Assembly (NCBI RefSeq): GCF_009914755.1
Contig: NC_060929.1
Length of the DNA stretch: 64,000 nucleotides
Reading direction: 5' to 3' (one strand)
Source: the human T2T-CHM13v2.0 reference genome, Homo sapiens
The translations under genes and the position numbers were made by a program. The notes under the pieces were generated by a model. That model did not search any database, had not been told where the DNA came from, and saw only the letters and a program-made list of their open reading frames with translations. This document shows positions 1 to 15,729 of the stretch, one piece after another (position 1 is the stretch's first letter; the number at the start of each line of letters is the position of its first letter).

Positions 1-1369
1 GGTCATTGGAGCAGAGCCTGAGAGTAGACGTGAACCCTCCTATGTCTGTGGCAATGAGATATTGCATGCTCTCACACTAACCAGTATTGGTACGGCCTTA
101 CAGTTCAACCACTTATTTTAATCATTATTGTATAATCAAGGCCTCAAATGGTGGGCCTATTGAAAGCAGGAGGCATATAGTAACTATTTTTAGAACAGGA
201 GGCATGTAGTAACTATTTTTTTAAATTAACCCATATTTTACTGATATTAATTCATTATATGCTTATGTAATGTGTTTCAATAATTTTCCTATGAGAATTC
301 TAGTTTTTATTATCGCCAAATATGGTGCATGTGATTTTGTGTGTGTGTTTATTCTGTGTTTACAGTTAAATTTATTTCTGCAGAATAATTTTCCAAAAAT
401 AATATTACTTGCTTGAGCATATAATAAGCACATTTAATTTTATTTAAAAATATCCTCCTGGATAATGTTTCTAAACACTATAGCATCTTACAGTTCCACC
501 AGTAATGTATGAGGACTCCCATGTGCCCTGCTTTAACAGGCACTGGATATAATTACATTGCTTGATTTTCCAAACTATTCATTGATATTGTAATATTTTT
601 GATAATCTTTTCCCTAATTATATAAAGACTTTGTATGTGTCAGTTAGATATTTGCATCATTTTCTGTGGAATTTGTGTTTTTAATTTTGACCCATTTTAC
701 ATAGGATTATTTAATTTTTCTATCATCATTAAAGGCTATTTTAAAATATTGGTATCTAATATTCTCCATTAGATGCTGTCTATATCTACTTTTGACCTTT
801 AATCTTTGGGCAAAATCTTATATAATTATAAATCTAATACCAATGTATAATGGGAGATGATGAATATATAAGGAGACCTATTATTAGTCTTTTAAAAACA
901 TTAATTGGACTTAACATAGTTGTAATATAGCTGGAATATCCTTATTACACTCTTCTTTAAACTTTGGTATGTGTCCATATAGCACTTTTCATACCAAAGT
1001 TTCTACCTGTTTTCAGTGGCCTTTTCAGATAGAGATCAAAAGAAGACTATGCAATATAGATCCCTAACACAGAGAAAAGATCTGAAGCAGGAAATCAAAG
1101 AAGTTCCCCTGAGATTTCATTTTCTCATTTATTCTCACTGTGGGGAAGAATAAAAATGTTAAATTTCAAATTCTAAGAAAAAGATTAACCAAAAATTGCA
1201 CCGTAATAAATTCAGTGCTCAGATTTTAATCTACCAACAAATTGATGATTTAGTATTTTCATAATTTTTCTATCACCTAGATTACAATGACATTATCTGC
1301 CTTTTTTCATATATATATATTACAAATATGTATGTGTGTGCTTGAGTTATTTGAAATACTGTACTGCAG

Positions 1370-1520
1370 ATCAATATCTTATGCAAATTCTTTCATTTAA
1401 TCCTGATAGTAATTTTGAGATGCGAATAATCTTTTTTCACATTTTACAACCCAGAAAAATACCACAAAAGGCTGTGTCACTTTCAAGATTACACAAAGAC
1501 TGGAATAAGGGAGGTGAGAC
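1370..1520 (-). mobile_element. MIR fragment (degenerate)
   Basis: TCATTTAATCCT...CACATTTTACA...GTCACTTTCAAGATTACACA resembles the MIR core. Confidence 0.45.
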
Positions 1521-1689
1521 TAAAAGTCCATTCTTATATGTTTGAGGGAATTTCTCTTTCCAAACATAATTGATCATATTGAGATGGCCACTTCATGTAT
1601 CAATCACAGAGATACTGTTGTTTTCTTTCAAGATATACTTGCATTTTACTTCCTGTCTACACTACTATACAGTTATTCTGATGCAAAGA

Positions 1690-1830
1690 TGGTCATCTTC
1701 CTACCCTGCTACCGGGTAAATTCTTCTGTCTTGCTCCTTATTGTATTCCAATACCTGGCATAGAGCCTGGATTCAAATTGAGGAGTTCTGTAATAAATGT
1801 ATTCGAACAAATGCTATTAATGAACGTTGA
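1690..1830 (+). mobile_element. L2 3' end fragment
   Basis: TTGTATTCCAATACCTGGCATAGAGCCTGG...AATAAATGTATTCGAACAAATG matches the typical L2 tail. Confidence 0.45.
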
Positions 1831-4029
1831 ATGGTACTAGCATGAATAAAAATAACAAAAGCCTTCTCTTTAGTGGCTAGAAATTGTTCCAACATTTTTA
1901 AAATAAAATTTATTACATATATACTTAATTGTGTTTTTAAAATACTACAAAAATAAAGTTACCTACGATTTTATCTTAATTTTGTTAGTGGATTAAATAC
2001 CAGGACACCTATGAGAAAATCAACATATGTTATCATTGCAGAATATCTCATATATTGTTTATTTAAAGTATACATAAAATTTGTGTGCCTTCAAGCCTAT
2101 AGTGAATTAAATAAATAAATATTATATATAATGTACAGCTTATGTAAAATAAATTAAAAACATTAAAATTTTAAATGCATGTGACTAATTCGTTATCTGT
2201 ATCAGTATAACCCATTCACTAGTATAAATTATCCAGCTTGTTAAACATTTTATTTAACTAAATTTTAGTTCACTTACTCTTCCTTTTAATGGAAAAATAA
2301 AAAATTTCAATTTTTACATTAAATAATCCAAGTATATTATAAAATATGAACTCAATTATTAAAAATAATTTGATGGTTTCTATAAGTTTTGTACATGTAT
2401 TGTATAAGATTTATGTCTATATGTATAAATATACTCTAATTAAATCATTAGAGTATGTTAATAAATCAAGTTGTGACACACATTTTTTTCTATTTACCCA
2501 TTATGAGATTACTATGTAATATTTGGATTCAGTAAAATCATAAGTGACAATCTATTCTGCACTTATTCTAAATCTGCTAAGATTTATTAAAAACATTTGT
2601 TCTAGTTATTTAGAAGTAAAAACATTTTTGTTTATTTTTCTTGAGTAAATATAGTTTCTTAAAACTAAAATAACTGCCTAAAAATGCTTGATTTTAGGAC
2701 ATACAAATTTTTTTTTAATAATATGTCTTTTCTCTGGGAACTTGAAGGCCATGTTTGTAAATAAAAAAGAAATAATCAACATATCTTGACTTAAATTATG
2801 ATTGATAAATCTTAAAGGAAAGATAAATCCAAAAATTATGATGAAATAAATAATGAAGAATATTTAAAAACTACAAAGATATATTGAAAATTATAAAAAA
2901 TTTAAAAGTAGACATGGATTATGTTGAACTGGGTATATATGTTTGTAGACAGATAAGGGTATAGTTTTGGAGAAGGTAGAAATATATATTCATCTGGAGG
3001 AGAAGTATATTTTATAAAAAAACACAACACTGTTTTGATATGTATGGTACGAGGGCAAAACTAGGTTGTACATTATACACTTTTTAAAAAGACCATATTA
3101 ACTAATAAATAGAAAATAGACACTATCTTAAATTGCATTCATTAGCCTTTTTAAAGTATCATGAATGGGGACAGATATGCTCACAAGAAAATCTCTTAAA
3201 AGAGGTGAGTACATTCTCTAATCAGTCCTTTGCTCCTAATTATAACATAAGGGAGGATGTCCATTTCAGTTAAATAACAGAAGCATCATTAAGGGAATAA
3301 GTGGAATGTTCATAAACCAGGTCATTATTATTGTTTAATATTCATTATTTATTTAGGTAATTATGGGTCATCTAGGGCTAACTTATTATCTTCCTTTTAC
3401 AGGTGTGTCTCTATACTCTATATTAGGAAAATAATAAGAAAATTTAGAGCTTTAAAAAGTTCTCTAGATGGCTACATTCAGAACCTTCAAAAACTGCACT
3501 AAAATTTTATTTTTTCATTCTAAAAATTATTCTATCACTGACTCTACAAATATCTATTCAAATTCCTCTTAATATATATGCTGTAATCCAGCCACTAGCA
3601 CAGTTTTGAAGAAACATGATGTCCTGTTCTTAACTAGATTGGGTGCTGATGTCAGAGTAGAAAATATACAATTTAAATACACATTAATTCCATAATTTCA
3701 CATAGTGATAAAAATAGAAAAAATAAAACTAGACAATTGTTTCTGGGAGCCAGAGGTCAAATCTGTTTGGGTGGGTAGAATTGGACTCAGACAAAGTAAA
3801 TGAAAAGGACAAGGCCCTAAGCCAGAAATAAATTTAGAGTAACAATCAGAATTTTAGCATGGATTAAACATAATGAGGAAAGGATGGCTGGCTATTGACA
3901 TAAACAGAAGTAGGAAATATACCCTATCTTCTTGAGAGTGGTAATCTAAAATATTTAAGGGCTGGAAGAACAAATATGCTTCTGTGGGTTGTCATGAAGT
4001 ATCACTATAACTTAAAGCATATTTTCCTC

Positions 4030-6303
4030 TGATATGGCTTGAATGTATCCCCACCCAAATCTCATTTTGAATTGCCACGTGTTGTGGAAGGAACCTGGTG
4101 GGAGGCAATTGAAATGTAGGAGCAAGTTTTTCTCGTGCTGTTCCAGTGATAATGATTAAGTCTCACAAGATCTCATGGTTTTAAAAATAGGAGTTTTCCT
4201 GCACAAGTTCTCTCTCTCTTTGCCTGTCTCCATCCATGTAAGACATGATTTTCTTGTCCTTGCCTTCCCCAATGATTGTGAGGCTTCCACAGACATGTGG
4301 AACTGTAAGTCCATTAAACCTCTTTTTCTTCCCAGTCTCAGGTATGTTTTATCAGCAGTAGGAAAACAGGCTAATACAGTAAATTGCTACCAGTAGAGTG
4401 GGGTGTTGTTGAGAAGATACCCAAAAATATGGAAGTGGCTTTGGAACTGGGTAACAGGTGGAGGTTGGAACAGTTTGGAGGGCTCAGAAGAAGACAGGAA
4501 AATGTGAGAAAGTTTGGAACTTCCTAGAGACTTGTTGAATGGCTTTGCCCCAAATGCTGATAATAATATGGACAACAAAATCCAGGCTGAGGTGGTCTCA
4601 GATGGAGATGAGGAACTTGTTGGGATTTGGAGCAAAAGTGACTCTTGTTATGTTGTAGCAAAGAGACTGGTGGCATTTGGGTCTGCCCTAGAGATCTGTG
4701 GAACTTTGAACTTGAGAGAGATGATTTAGGGTATCTCACAGAAGAAACTTCCAAGCAACAAAGCATTAAAGAGGTGATTTGGTTGCTGTTAAAGGCTTTC
4801 AGTTTTATTAGAGAATCAGAGCATAAAAGTGTGAACAATTTGTAGACTGACAATGCAATAGAAGAGAAAATTCCATTTTCTGAGGAGAAATTCAAGCCAG
4901 CCACAGAAATTTGCATAAGTAACGAGGAGCTGAATGTTAATCCCCAAGACAATGGAGAAAATGTCTCCAAGGTCTGTCAGAGGTCTTCATGGGAGATGCT
5001 CCCATCACAGGCCTGGAGGCCTAGGGGGAATAAATGGATTTGTGGGCTGGGTCCAGGGTCCCCATGCTATGTGCACCTTAGGGATTTTGTGCCCTGCATT
5101 ACAACCATTCCAGCCATGACTAAAAGGGGCCAAGTTACAGCTTGGGCCATGGATTCAAATGGTGCATGCCCCAAGCCTTGGCAGCTTTCACAAGGTGTTC
5201 AGCCTGCAGGTGCACAGAAGTCAAGAACTGAGGTTTGGGAACCTCTGCCTAGATTTCAGAGGATGTTTGGAAATGACTGGATGTCCAGGCAGAAGTTTTC
5301 TGCAGGGGCAGGGCCCTCATGGAGAACCTCTGCTAGGTCAGGGAGGAAGGGAAATGAGGGGTCAGAGCCCCCACACAGAGTCCCTACTGGGGCACTACCT
5401 AGTGGAGCTGTGAGAAGAGGGACCCCATCCTCCAGACCCCAGAATTGTAGATCCACTGACAGCTTGCACTGTGCACATGGAAAAGCTGCACACACTCAAT
5501 ACCACTGCATGAAAGCAGCCAGGAGGGAAGCTATACCCTGCAAAGCCAAACAGGCAGAGCTTCCCAAGGCTGTAGGAGCCCAACTTTTGTATCAGTATGA
5601 CCTGGATGTGAGATATGGAATTAAAGGAGATCATTTTGCAACTTTAAGATTTGACAGCCCAGCTGGATTTCGGACTTGCATGGGGACTACAGTCCCTTTG
5701 TTTTGGCCAATTTCTCCCACTTGGAATGGCTGTATTTACCCAACCTCTGCACCCTCATTATGTCTAGGAAGTAACTAACTTGCCTTTGATTTCACAGGCT
5801 TATAGGTTGAAGGTCCTTGCCTTGTCTCAGATGAGACTTTGGACTATGGACTTTTGAGTTAATGCTGAAATGAGTTAAGACTTTGGGAGACTGTTGGGAA
5901 GGCATGATTGATTTTGAAATGTGAAGACATGAGATTTAGGAGGGGCCAGGAGTGGAATTATATGGTTTGGCTGTGTCCCCACCCAAATCTCAACTTGAAT
6001 TGCCATGTGTTATGGGAGGAACCCAGTGGGAGGTAATTGAAACATAGCAGCAAGTCTTTCCTCTGCTGTTCTCATGATAGTGAATAAGTCTCACAAGGTC
6101 TGATGGTTTTAAAAATGGGATTTCCCCTGCACAAGCTCTCTTTTCTCTTGTCTGCTGCCATGTGAGATGTGCCTTTCACCTTCTGCCACGATTGTGAGGC
6201 CTTCTCAGCCACGTGGAACTGTGAGTCCATTAAATTTCTTTCTTTTGTAAATTGTCCAGTCTTGGGTATATCTTTATCAGCAGCATGAAAACAAGTTAAT
6301 ACA
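4030..6303 (+). mobile_element. Full-length THE1 (ERVL-MaLR) provirus: LTR 4030-4378, internal 4379-5957, LTR 5958-6303
   Basis: LTRs start T(G/T)ATATGG..CCCCACCCAAATCTC and end TAATACA; THE1-int start GTAAATTG.TACCAGTAGAGTGGGG; purine tract AGGGGCCAGGAGTGGAA before 3' LTR; flanks TCCTC/GCCTC (5-bp TSD, 1 mismatch). Confidence 0.93.
4996..5778 (+). pseudogene. Open remnant (260 aa) of the MaLR internal ORF
   Basis: Longest ORF in the window, wholly inside THE1-int; peptide motifs such as EVWEPLPRFQRM and EPPHRVPTGALPSGAV are typical of translated MaLR-int. Confidence 0.6.
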
Positions 6304-6708
6304 GCCTCTAACCACGAAAACCACAGCAGCTCCTAACCAGATTGTGCTAGCAACTTATTCCAAGTGAGTGTTTATATTTCATACTATAATGAGAAATTCT
6401 GATTTTATAATTTTAATGAAAACATAGAAACAGAGCATATGTTTCACAAATTACATAGTTATACCCTGTAATTTTGACACTTTGTAATATTTAATAGAGA
6501 TACCACATGCTTTACTCCTTTGAAAATTTGTGTGTGGTTGAGAAAGTCACACAAACCTTGCCTGTCTAAGTCTACACTGGGTAATTATGGATTGTTTGGG
6601 GGCCTGTATTCTAAGGAATGGAAAGAAATGAACTGAAGGCTAGAATGGCTCTTCCAGAGTTTCTTTTAAGAAACATAAAGCCGCTAGCGATTCTACATTC
6701 TTAGGTAA

Positions 6709-6999
<291 letters not shown>

Positions 7000-7060
7000 A
7001 ATGGATAGTATTTTAGCTGATTACCTCTTGAGGTATCCCTGATGAGTTACAAAATTGTCA

Positions 7061-7363
<303 letters not shown>

Positions 7364-8540
7364 TGTCGTAAGTTTCATAAGTTACTGAAAATTGGGTAAC
7401 AACACCATCATACATGCTAAGATTTTCTGTACCAATGTAGAATTTAAATATGGTAATTCTCAGAGTGTAACATTGAGCTAGTAAGGTAAGCTGGAGAAAT
7501 GTTGATGGTCACACTACCTTCTGATTCAGGATCCTTTCAGCTGCCAGTTTTGCCAGTTGCATATTGCTTCAGTCAGAATAAATTCTGGGATTTTCTGTAG
7601 TGCCTCTTTGTGCCATAGAGTCTGGAAAGGAAAGAAAAACATTTCCAATATTTTCTCAAAGCTAAGATCCTCAGAGTAGACACACAAGATATAAATGCAA
7701 AATCAAGCAATGTGAGATAACATTCATCTGGGAAGAGGCCATCTCTTTTCAAGTAGAGCAGTAGTAACATATGTTTTTTTCTGGGGATGCCACAGTGGAG
7801 TTTCTAGTACACAGTCTCCATCACCATGGAGGTTGCAAGTTGGGCAATGATATAGTAAAGTCACTCTTCCTGATGGGGAGACTCAAAGTTTTTTGCTTCT
7901 CTATTCCATAAATTCTAAACTTAATAATCTGTAATATATTTCTGTGTGATTAAGCTAGCTAGAGTTTGCAATACAATAAACAAATCTGCAATGGAATAAA
8001 ACAGTTTCTGACAAATCAGATTATATGGCTTAAGCAAATAGATTTATTGAGAAATGAAAATATAAAAACAAGTTAGTTATCTTCAAAAATGCCTGGACCC
8101 AAAGGTTCAAACAGTGTTTGATTTTCCTCCTCTACTTCCATGTAGTATTCACTCTTAGGCACTATCTATGTGGTGTCACAACTCAAATCTATGCATCTTA
8201 CGATCACAATAAAAAATACTTTTACTCAAATTTAATTAAATTTCATGCAACTCATTCTCACTGGATTAAGTGTAGACCCAGACCCATCCCCAAACCAAGT
8301 ACCATGGCTAGGTTGTAAAATAAACAGACCAGTGCAAGGCCATGAGCCTGCCTCTGTAGCAAGGATGAGCAGGACTTCAGTCCCATTTGGACTACATATA
8401 CGAGCATGAAGAGGGATGATTTTCAAAAGAAACTAACTATTACCAAAACAGGAAAATGGATGCAGGGCAAGAAAATACAAGCACACAAAACCCTCTCCCA
8501 ACAACCTCCCTCACTGTCTTTCTCACATACATACATATTA

Positions 8541-8870
<330 letters not shown>

Positions 8871-8930
8871 TTAATTTCAGAAAAAAGGAAATTCAAACAT
8901 TGTTGATAAAATCTATATATTTTGATATAT

Positions 8931-8976
8931 AATGTCAGTTATTGTAAAACTTAAATGTCAGTTATTGTAAAACTTA
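8931..8976. repeat. Perfect 23-bp tandem duplication
   Basis: AATGTCAGTTATTGTAAAACTTA x2. Confidence 0.9.
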
Positions 8977-10171
8977 AAACACAAATGGGTTTCATTTGTT
9001 TTTGTTTTTTAAAGAGGAGTGTTACTTAAGCTGCAATTCTAAAAAAGTCTTCATATCTAGAAATACTCTCTATGACTCGATGATTTTAATTGTGATTTAT
9101 GAAATAAAATATTTCTAGGCTTAAATCCTAAATCAGACACTTATTAATGTATGACTTTTAATAATATAATCTACATAAGCTATGGTTTATTTAGCTTCAA
9201 AATATCAGTAATAGCACTGTTAACTGAGCTAGTGTAAGGAATAAGGTAAATTTCTTGGGAAAATTTAATTGCCTAATATATAGTGTCTTTGGTCGTGATG
9301 ACTACATATGATTGGGGGAGGGAAATAAATGTATTAATTGTGTAAGTGAAAGGTGAAATCCCATAAAATTAGAATTTCACAAAGTTCAGTATCATAAAAT
9401 GTTGTGTTCTATTGTTTTATATGATGTGCCTCATATATTTCTTGAAATTTAAATAATTATTTATTAACTGGAGCTATATGACATTGATTTATATATCAAA
9501 ATTTGCAATATCATGTAGTTGAATCTCAGGAAGTACAGATAATAGGTATTAAACATATCGGATTTCTTCCTCAGCCTTTCTGTGGCCACAAAAGCATTTG
9601 TACAAATTGAATAAAATGAATGAACGTTAATGTGTCAGTTAGTGTAAGTAAGGCATGAGGAGCTTAAAATACATTATACCATGTCTATTCCACTAATACT
9701 ATTTTGTAGTGAAGTTAAAGCTAAATTAACCATGTGTGACAAATTTGATGGCCTAAAAGAAGTGACTAAAATCATACAAGAGAAATGAATACAGTTGCTA
9801 TCGTCTCGGTAAATTTGTGGACACAGTTCTGTTCAGATTATATATGAACTGCATGAATATAAATTCGTCATTATCATCTTCTGGAAATATATTCTACTTT
9901 GGTAATGGATATGATAGTGATAAGTATGAATTTAAATTAAACAAAATAAAAAATTTTTTCAAATACTGGGCAAAATACGAAAAAATGTTTTATGACAAAA
10001 TACAAAAAAGGCCTTATAGAAAAAAAGTCAATACATATATGCCTATAAAAAAGTTGCATCAAAAATTTATATAGTGAAATTAGATACCAACACAAATCTG
10101 AAAATAATTAAATCACAAGTAGAATATAGGCATCCTTTCATATACACAAGATAGGTTACAGAAAGGATGAA

Positions 10172-10495
10172 AGTCATCCTTTCATATACACAGCATTGGT
10201 TACTGATTTGGATTGATAATCCAAATCCATGGAAACTCAAGTTCCTGATATAAAATGGCACAGCATTTGCATATAGCCATTGCTCATCCTCCGGTATACT
10301 TCAAATCATCTCCAGATTATTTATAATACATAATTCAATGTAAATGCTATATAAATAGTTACACTGTATTTTTAAGTATTATTATTTTTGTATTATTGTG
10401 TCATTATTTGTATTGTGTTTTAAAAAAACTACTTCCAATCCATAGTTGGTTGAATCTGTGGATGGGGGGACCCATAGACTCCCAGGGAAAACTGT
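10172..10495. mobile_element. MER2 (TcMar-Tigger non-autonomous DNA transposon)
   Basis: CAAATCCATGGAAACTCAAGTTCCTGATATAAAATGGC..ATTTGCATA..AAATCATCTCCAGATTA..AATGTAAATGCTAT; TTGGTTGAATCTGTGGATG near the end. Confidence 0.8.
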
Positions 10496-11094
10496 ACTTG
10501 AATATAGAACAGTAATCAGAGGCCCCCAACGTGTCTTTCCTTCCCACTGTATTTATCCTTTACCTGCTCTGAGCACTTTGTCTTATCACGCTTTTCTCTC
10601 AGTTCCCACTCTATTGAAACACAATAAACGAACAAAAAATGGAGGGCAAAGGGGAATCAAGAACAGAAGCAAGTCAGGGACTTGAGTGAAAAGAAGAAAC
10701 ATATTTCAAAGCAATGTGGTTTTTGATAAAATTATTTGGATACAAGGCAAAATAATGATAATGAAGAAGTTAGCCCTAGTATAAAATAAGGAAGCCAGGA
10801 ATAAGCTCTAGAATCTAAAATTCTCTAGGAAATAATAATATGTCTCTTAGTCACAGTTCCAGGCACTCAATATCTTTCAGGAATATTCCCAGGATTACTC
10901 AGCTTTTTATTTACAATGTGTGTTTAATTATTAAGTGTGATCTTACATTATATAAGACATCACGTACTAAGAACAAAGGCTAAAATGATAAATAAAATTG
11001 GCTGATTCTTACTAAATTGGCTTATAGTGAGTGGGAGGTGATTCTGATACCCGAGATGTAAGCAGTCATGAAGGTGCAGTGTTGTTAGCAGCCT

Positions 11095-11586
11095 GTGGTG
11101 GACAAAGTATCCATGTTCTCATTCCTCAAAGTGAGGAATATGTTATCCTATATGACAATAGGAAAATAAGTTTGCAGATGAAAATAATTTTGCTAACAAG
11201 CTGATTTATAAACAGAAAAATTATCCTTCATTATTCTGGTGGGTCCAATGTAATCAAACTGGTTCTCATAAATGAAAGAGAGAGACAGGAGAGTCAGTCT
11301 GGAATCATCCACTGTGAGAAGAAAATGCCATCCTCCATTGCTGGTTTTGAAGATGAAATGGGGCCACCAGCCAAGGAATGAGGGAAGCACCTAGAAGCTG
11401 AAAAAGCCAAGGAAATGAATTCTATCCTACAGCCTTGAGAACGGAACACATCTCTATTGACACCCTGATTTTAGCCAAATTAGAAATGAGTCATACTTCT
11501 GATCTACAGAACTGTAAGATCATACATTTGCATTGTTTTAAGCCACCAAATACATGGTAATTTGTTAAATGAGCAATAGAACACAC
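11095..11586 (+). mobile_element. MLT1 (D/E-like) solo LTR
   Basis: CCAGCCAAGGAATG..CTAGAAGCTGAAAAAGCCAAGGAAATGAATTCT..TACAGAACTGTAAGAT..TTTAAGCCACCAAA..GCAATAGAA. Confidence 0.8.
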
Positions 11587-12167
11587 AGCCCATGGATTTC
11601 ACTGAGGAGTCACGAAGCTATCTGAGAAATAAATGCAATTTTAGCAGAAAACTGAATGCTCCAAATATTCTGGGCAGGACGCAGTAAGCACGTTGTACAA
11701 AGAGAATAGGAATAATTGTGCAGACAATGGAATAGGAGAGAGAGCAATACACATTTTGAAAAACTAAAAAGTTCAGTGTAACTGTATCTGTTGTACTCTG
11801 TGTGGTGTCTGTGGGTAACTGAACAGTAGTAGGAAGCATCCAGAAATGAAAAATTAGAAATCTGAGATTAATGTATGAAAAGATAATGAGGCTTTGAAAG
11901 CCATGATAGCAAATTTAAAATTATTTCTAACAGCACAGGAATGTCATGGCACATTTTTAAAGGGGATTGTGTGTAGGTGTTGGGGGCAGGGTGATCGAAT
12001 TTTCATTCTAGACATATTGCTGAAGCTGCTCCTGAAAGAGACAGGAGAGGGCCGCTAAAGTTAGGAGGCCTTGCATTAACCCAGGACAAAGTCACAATCG
12101 AAGTCTTGGCTAGGACTGTGACAAGTGGGATCCAGACATGGGACTTGAAATCCTAGGGAGTTGCCTT

Positions 12168-12467
12168 GTTTTTTTCTTTTCTTTTCGAGAAGGAGTCTCG
12201 CTCTGTCACCCAGTCTGGAGTGCAGTGGTACAATCTCAGCTCATTGCAACCTCTGCCTCCTGGATTCAGCCATTCTCCCACCTCAGCCTCCCGAGTAGCT
12301 GGAGCTGCAGGAGCCCACCACCATGCCTGGTTAATTTTTGAATTTTTAGTAGAGACAGGGTTTTGCCATGTTGGCTAGGCTGGTCTTGAACTCCTGACCT
12401 CAGGTGATCTACCCGCCTCAGCCTCCCAAAGTGCTTGTATTACAGGAGTGAGCCACCATGCCCAGTC
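12168..12467 (-). mobile_element. Alu (S type)
   Basis: Antisense Alu dimer; flanking AGTTGCCTT on both sides. Confidence 0.93.
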
Positions 12468-12515
12468 CTGTAGTTGCCTTTTCTTTAAACATATTGATTA
12501 GAAGGAGGCATCTGT

Positions 12516-12867
<352 letters not shown>

Positions 12868-13139
12868 TTATCCTGACGTAGAAATAGATTAGCTGTCTAA
12901 AAATTCCCAGCATATTTTTTATGCACACAAACTCATAGGTATTCACTCCAGCATATGATTTATAAACAAGTTTTTACTTGATATTTTGTGGAATAAGCCA
13001 GAGTATTTTAATAGACGTCAAAATGTCCTGCTTCTATTTCCACCCTGTTATTGAATTACTGTCAACCTCAGAAAAAATTCGAATCTTTTCTGGGCCCCTG
13101 TTGTCGTTTGGGGGAGATTAGACAAATTGAATTTGATAG

Positions 13140-13588
<449 letters not shown>

Positions 13589-15334
13589 TTGTTTTTACTC
13601 TTAAGGTCAGTGGAAAACAAAGCAAACATGCTTCTATATTTACTTAAAAATGATTGATGTAGACATATCTGAATATCTATAAATTAAAATTATGTTTTTC
13701 AATTACAAATACCTCATATCACCAGCTCTTTAATTCTGCCACAATTGCAGATGCCTTAGGCACATCTCCATGGGTAGATTATTGTTTAATAAATATGTAC
13801 TATATTCATAATTATAGGAACCAAAAGTTAAAATTAATTTCTTGGCCATTTTTTTTTCCTTTTTGTAATCTTAACAATGCGGACCCCTATGTTCATTATT
13901 TCTTACAATAAAAGTACTCAAGAATGCCTTAGGTAATTGACCTATAATGATGATAATTTTCTCTTTGCCTGAGAAAATTACTTTTAATTTTAAATTTCTT
14001 CTTAATCTTATGGGAATGATTCAACTTGTCAATTCACTTGTTTTTGATTTCCCATTTTAATTAGTCTCAATTTAATTACAATTGATTGAGTTGAAATATC
14101 AAACATAAACTTCCTGCATGAATAGAAAAATCTCATTTTCTCAGTAGGCATCAACTTACATGTTAGAGAAAAATATACAAGTAACTCCTTTGCATGTGGT
14201 TGTGTACGTGAACTCCCAAGTTTATTTTCCAGAGATTTTAATAAATTGATTTTTTATAAGAAAAATAACATCATCCATGGGGTCTAAGTTACTCTTCTTC
14301 ACTCTTCTTTTGCAGACAGAGAGCAAGAGCAAGAGAGAAAGAAAACCTACAGGTGATTCTTATACATGATCAAAGTTAAGAACTAGAAATTTTATACATT
14401 TATTCTCTGTCATTAATTCCCTCCTCCATTTCTTAGTCTAATTACAACATATTGATATAGTTAAGCACCTTTTTAAAAATATAATTGCAATTAGACAGTG
14501 TTAGAAAATTAGGTTTAATTTGTTTTTCTTTTCCCAGTTGATTATCGCAATAGCTGCCATTTATTCTTATGCTATGCTCATCCATTTTTCCCTGTTGTAT
14601 AAATGATATTTAAGGGATTAGTATCAAAATAGTATTTTTAAGAGAAAGTCTTATTAAACATTGCCACATGGGAGACGTAAATCCAGGGCAATTCTACCAG
14701 GACAGCAACCTCTCTTTATTCCCCATCCTGCCTCGATACCAATTTACCCACTTAGTGTTCATTCCCAATTGTGAAAGAATATTTTAAGTTTTATTATAAT
14801 ACTTTTTATAAGATTCCCAAATTATGAGTATAAAAATTTTTAGTAGAATACAATATATGTGAAGATTAGCATTCAATATCCAGTTAAAACAAAAGTATAA
14901 CCATGAAATTTTAATTGCAATTGCAGGTGACTTTCACACTATTGGGCAGTGAACATTCTTAATATTCTGTATATTTTTTTAATTTTTATAAAGTATGATC
15001 AACTTTCAATGGAACACTTTTTTAAAATTTCAAAACTGTTAAACAATCTGCTAAAATGAAAGGCATTATGAATCAGGAAATGTAATTAAACAGAATTTGA
15101 GGTGAATGTGTGTGTTTTCTGTAAGTGATGTATTTTGCATTACATAAACATAAAATAAGGTGCTTATTATAAATCAACTCTTCCATTGTCATGTGTCTAA
15201 ACAAATGTTATCCATTTTATAACGTTTCCTTTGGAAGTATATGTAGTTAAAAAAAAAAAAAGTATGGCCAACTAGCTTTTGACAACTCTTTGACTGAATG
15301 GTTCTTAAAGATTTTACTTGTTTTCAACAACAGG

Positions 15335-15390
15335 CAAGAAGAAGAAGAAGGAGGAGGAGGAGGAAGAGGGGAGGAGGAGGAGGAGGAGGA
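15335..15390. repeat. (GAA)n(GGA)n purine microsatellite
   Basis: AAGAAGAAGAAGAAGGAGGAGGAGGAGGAAGAGGGGAGGAGGAGG... Confidence 0.85.
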
Positions 15391-15397
15391 ACCAGTG

Positions 15398-15520
15398 GTA
15401 TACCTAATGTAAATGATGAGTTAATGGGTGCAGCACACCAACATGGCACATATATATATATATGTAACAAACCTGCACGTTGTGCACATGTACCCTAGAA
15501 CTTAAAGTATATAAAAAAAA
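15398..15520 (+). mobile_element. Very short L1PA 3' end
   Basis: ATACCTAATGTAAATGATGAGTTAATGGGTGCAGCACACCAACATGGCAC...ACCCTAGAACTTAAAGTAT followed by A tail. Confidence 0.9.
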
Positions 15521-15585
15521 TTATCAGCAAGTCAAATAAATTCAAAAACTAAATTTAAAAAATAAATTATAGACTGGACAAATGA

Positions 15586-15718
15586 CTTTTTTTTTTCAAT
15601 AGAGATGGGGTCTCTGCATATTGCCCAGGCTGTCCTCTAACTCCTGAGCTCAACCAATCTGCCCACCTTGGCCTCCCAAAGGGCTGGGATTACAGATGTG
15701 AACCACTGTGCCCAGCCA
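15586..15718 (-). mobile_element. FLAM/Alu left monomer
   Basis: T tract, then AGAGATGGGGTCT..GCTGGGATTACAGATGTGAACCACTGTGCCCAGCC. Confidence 0.85.
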
Positions 15719-15729
15719 AAATCACTTCT

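Noticed and set aside
15298-15498. 66-aa Arg/Gly-rich peptide
   Set aside because: Translation of a purine microsatellite plus L1 3' UTR.
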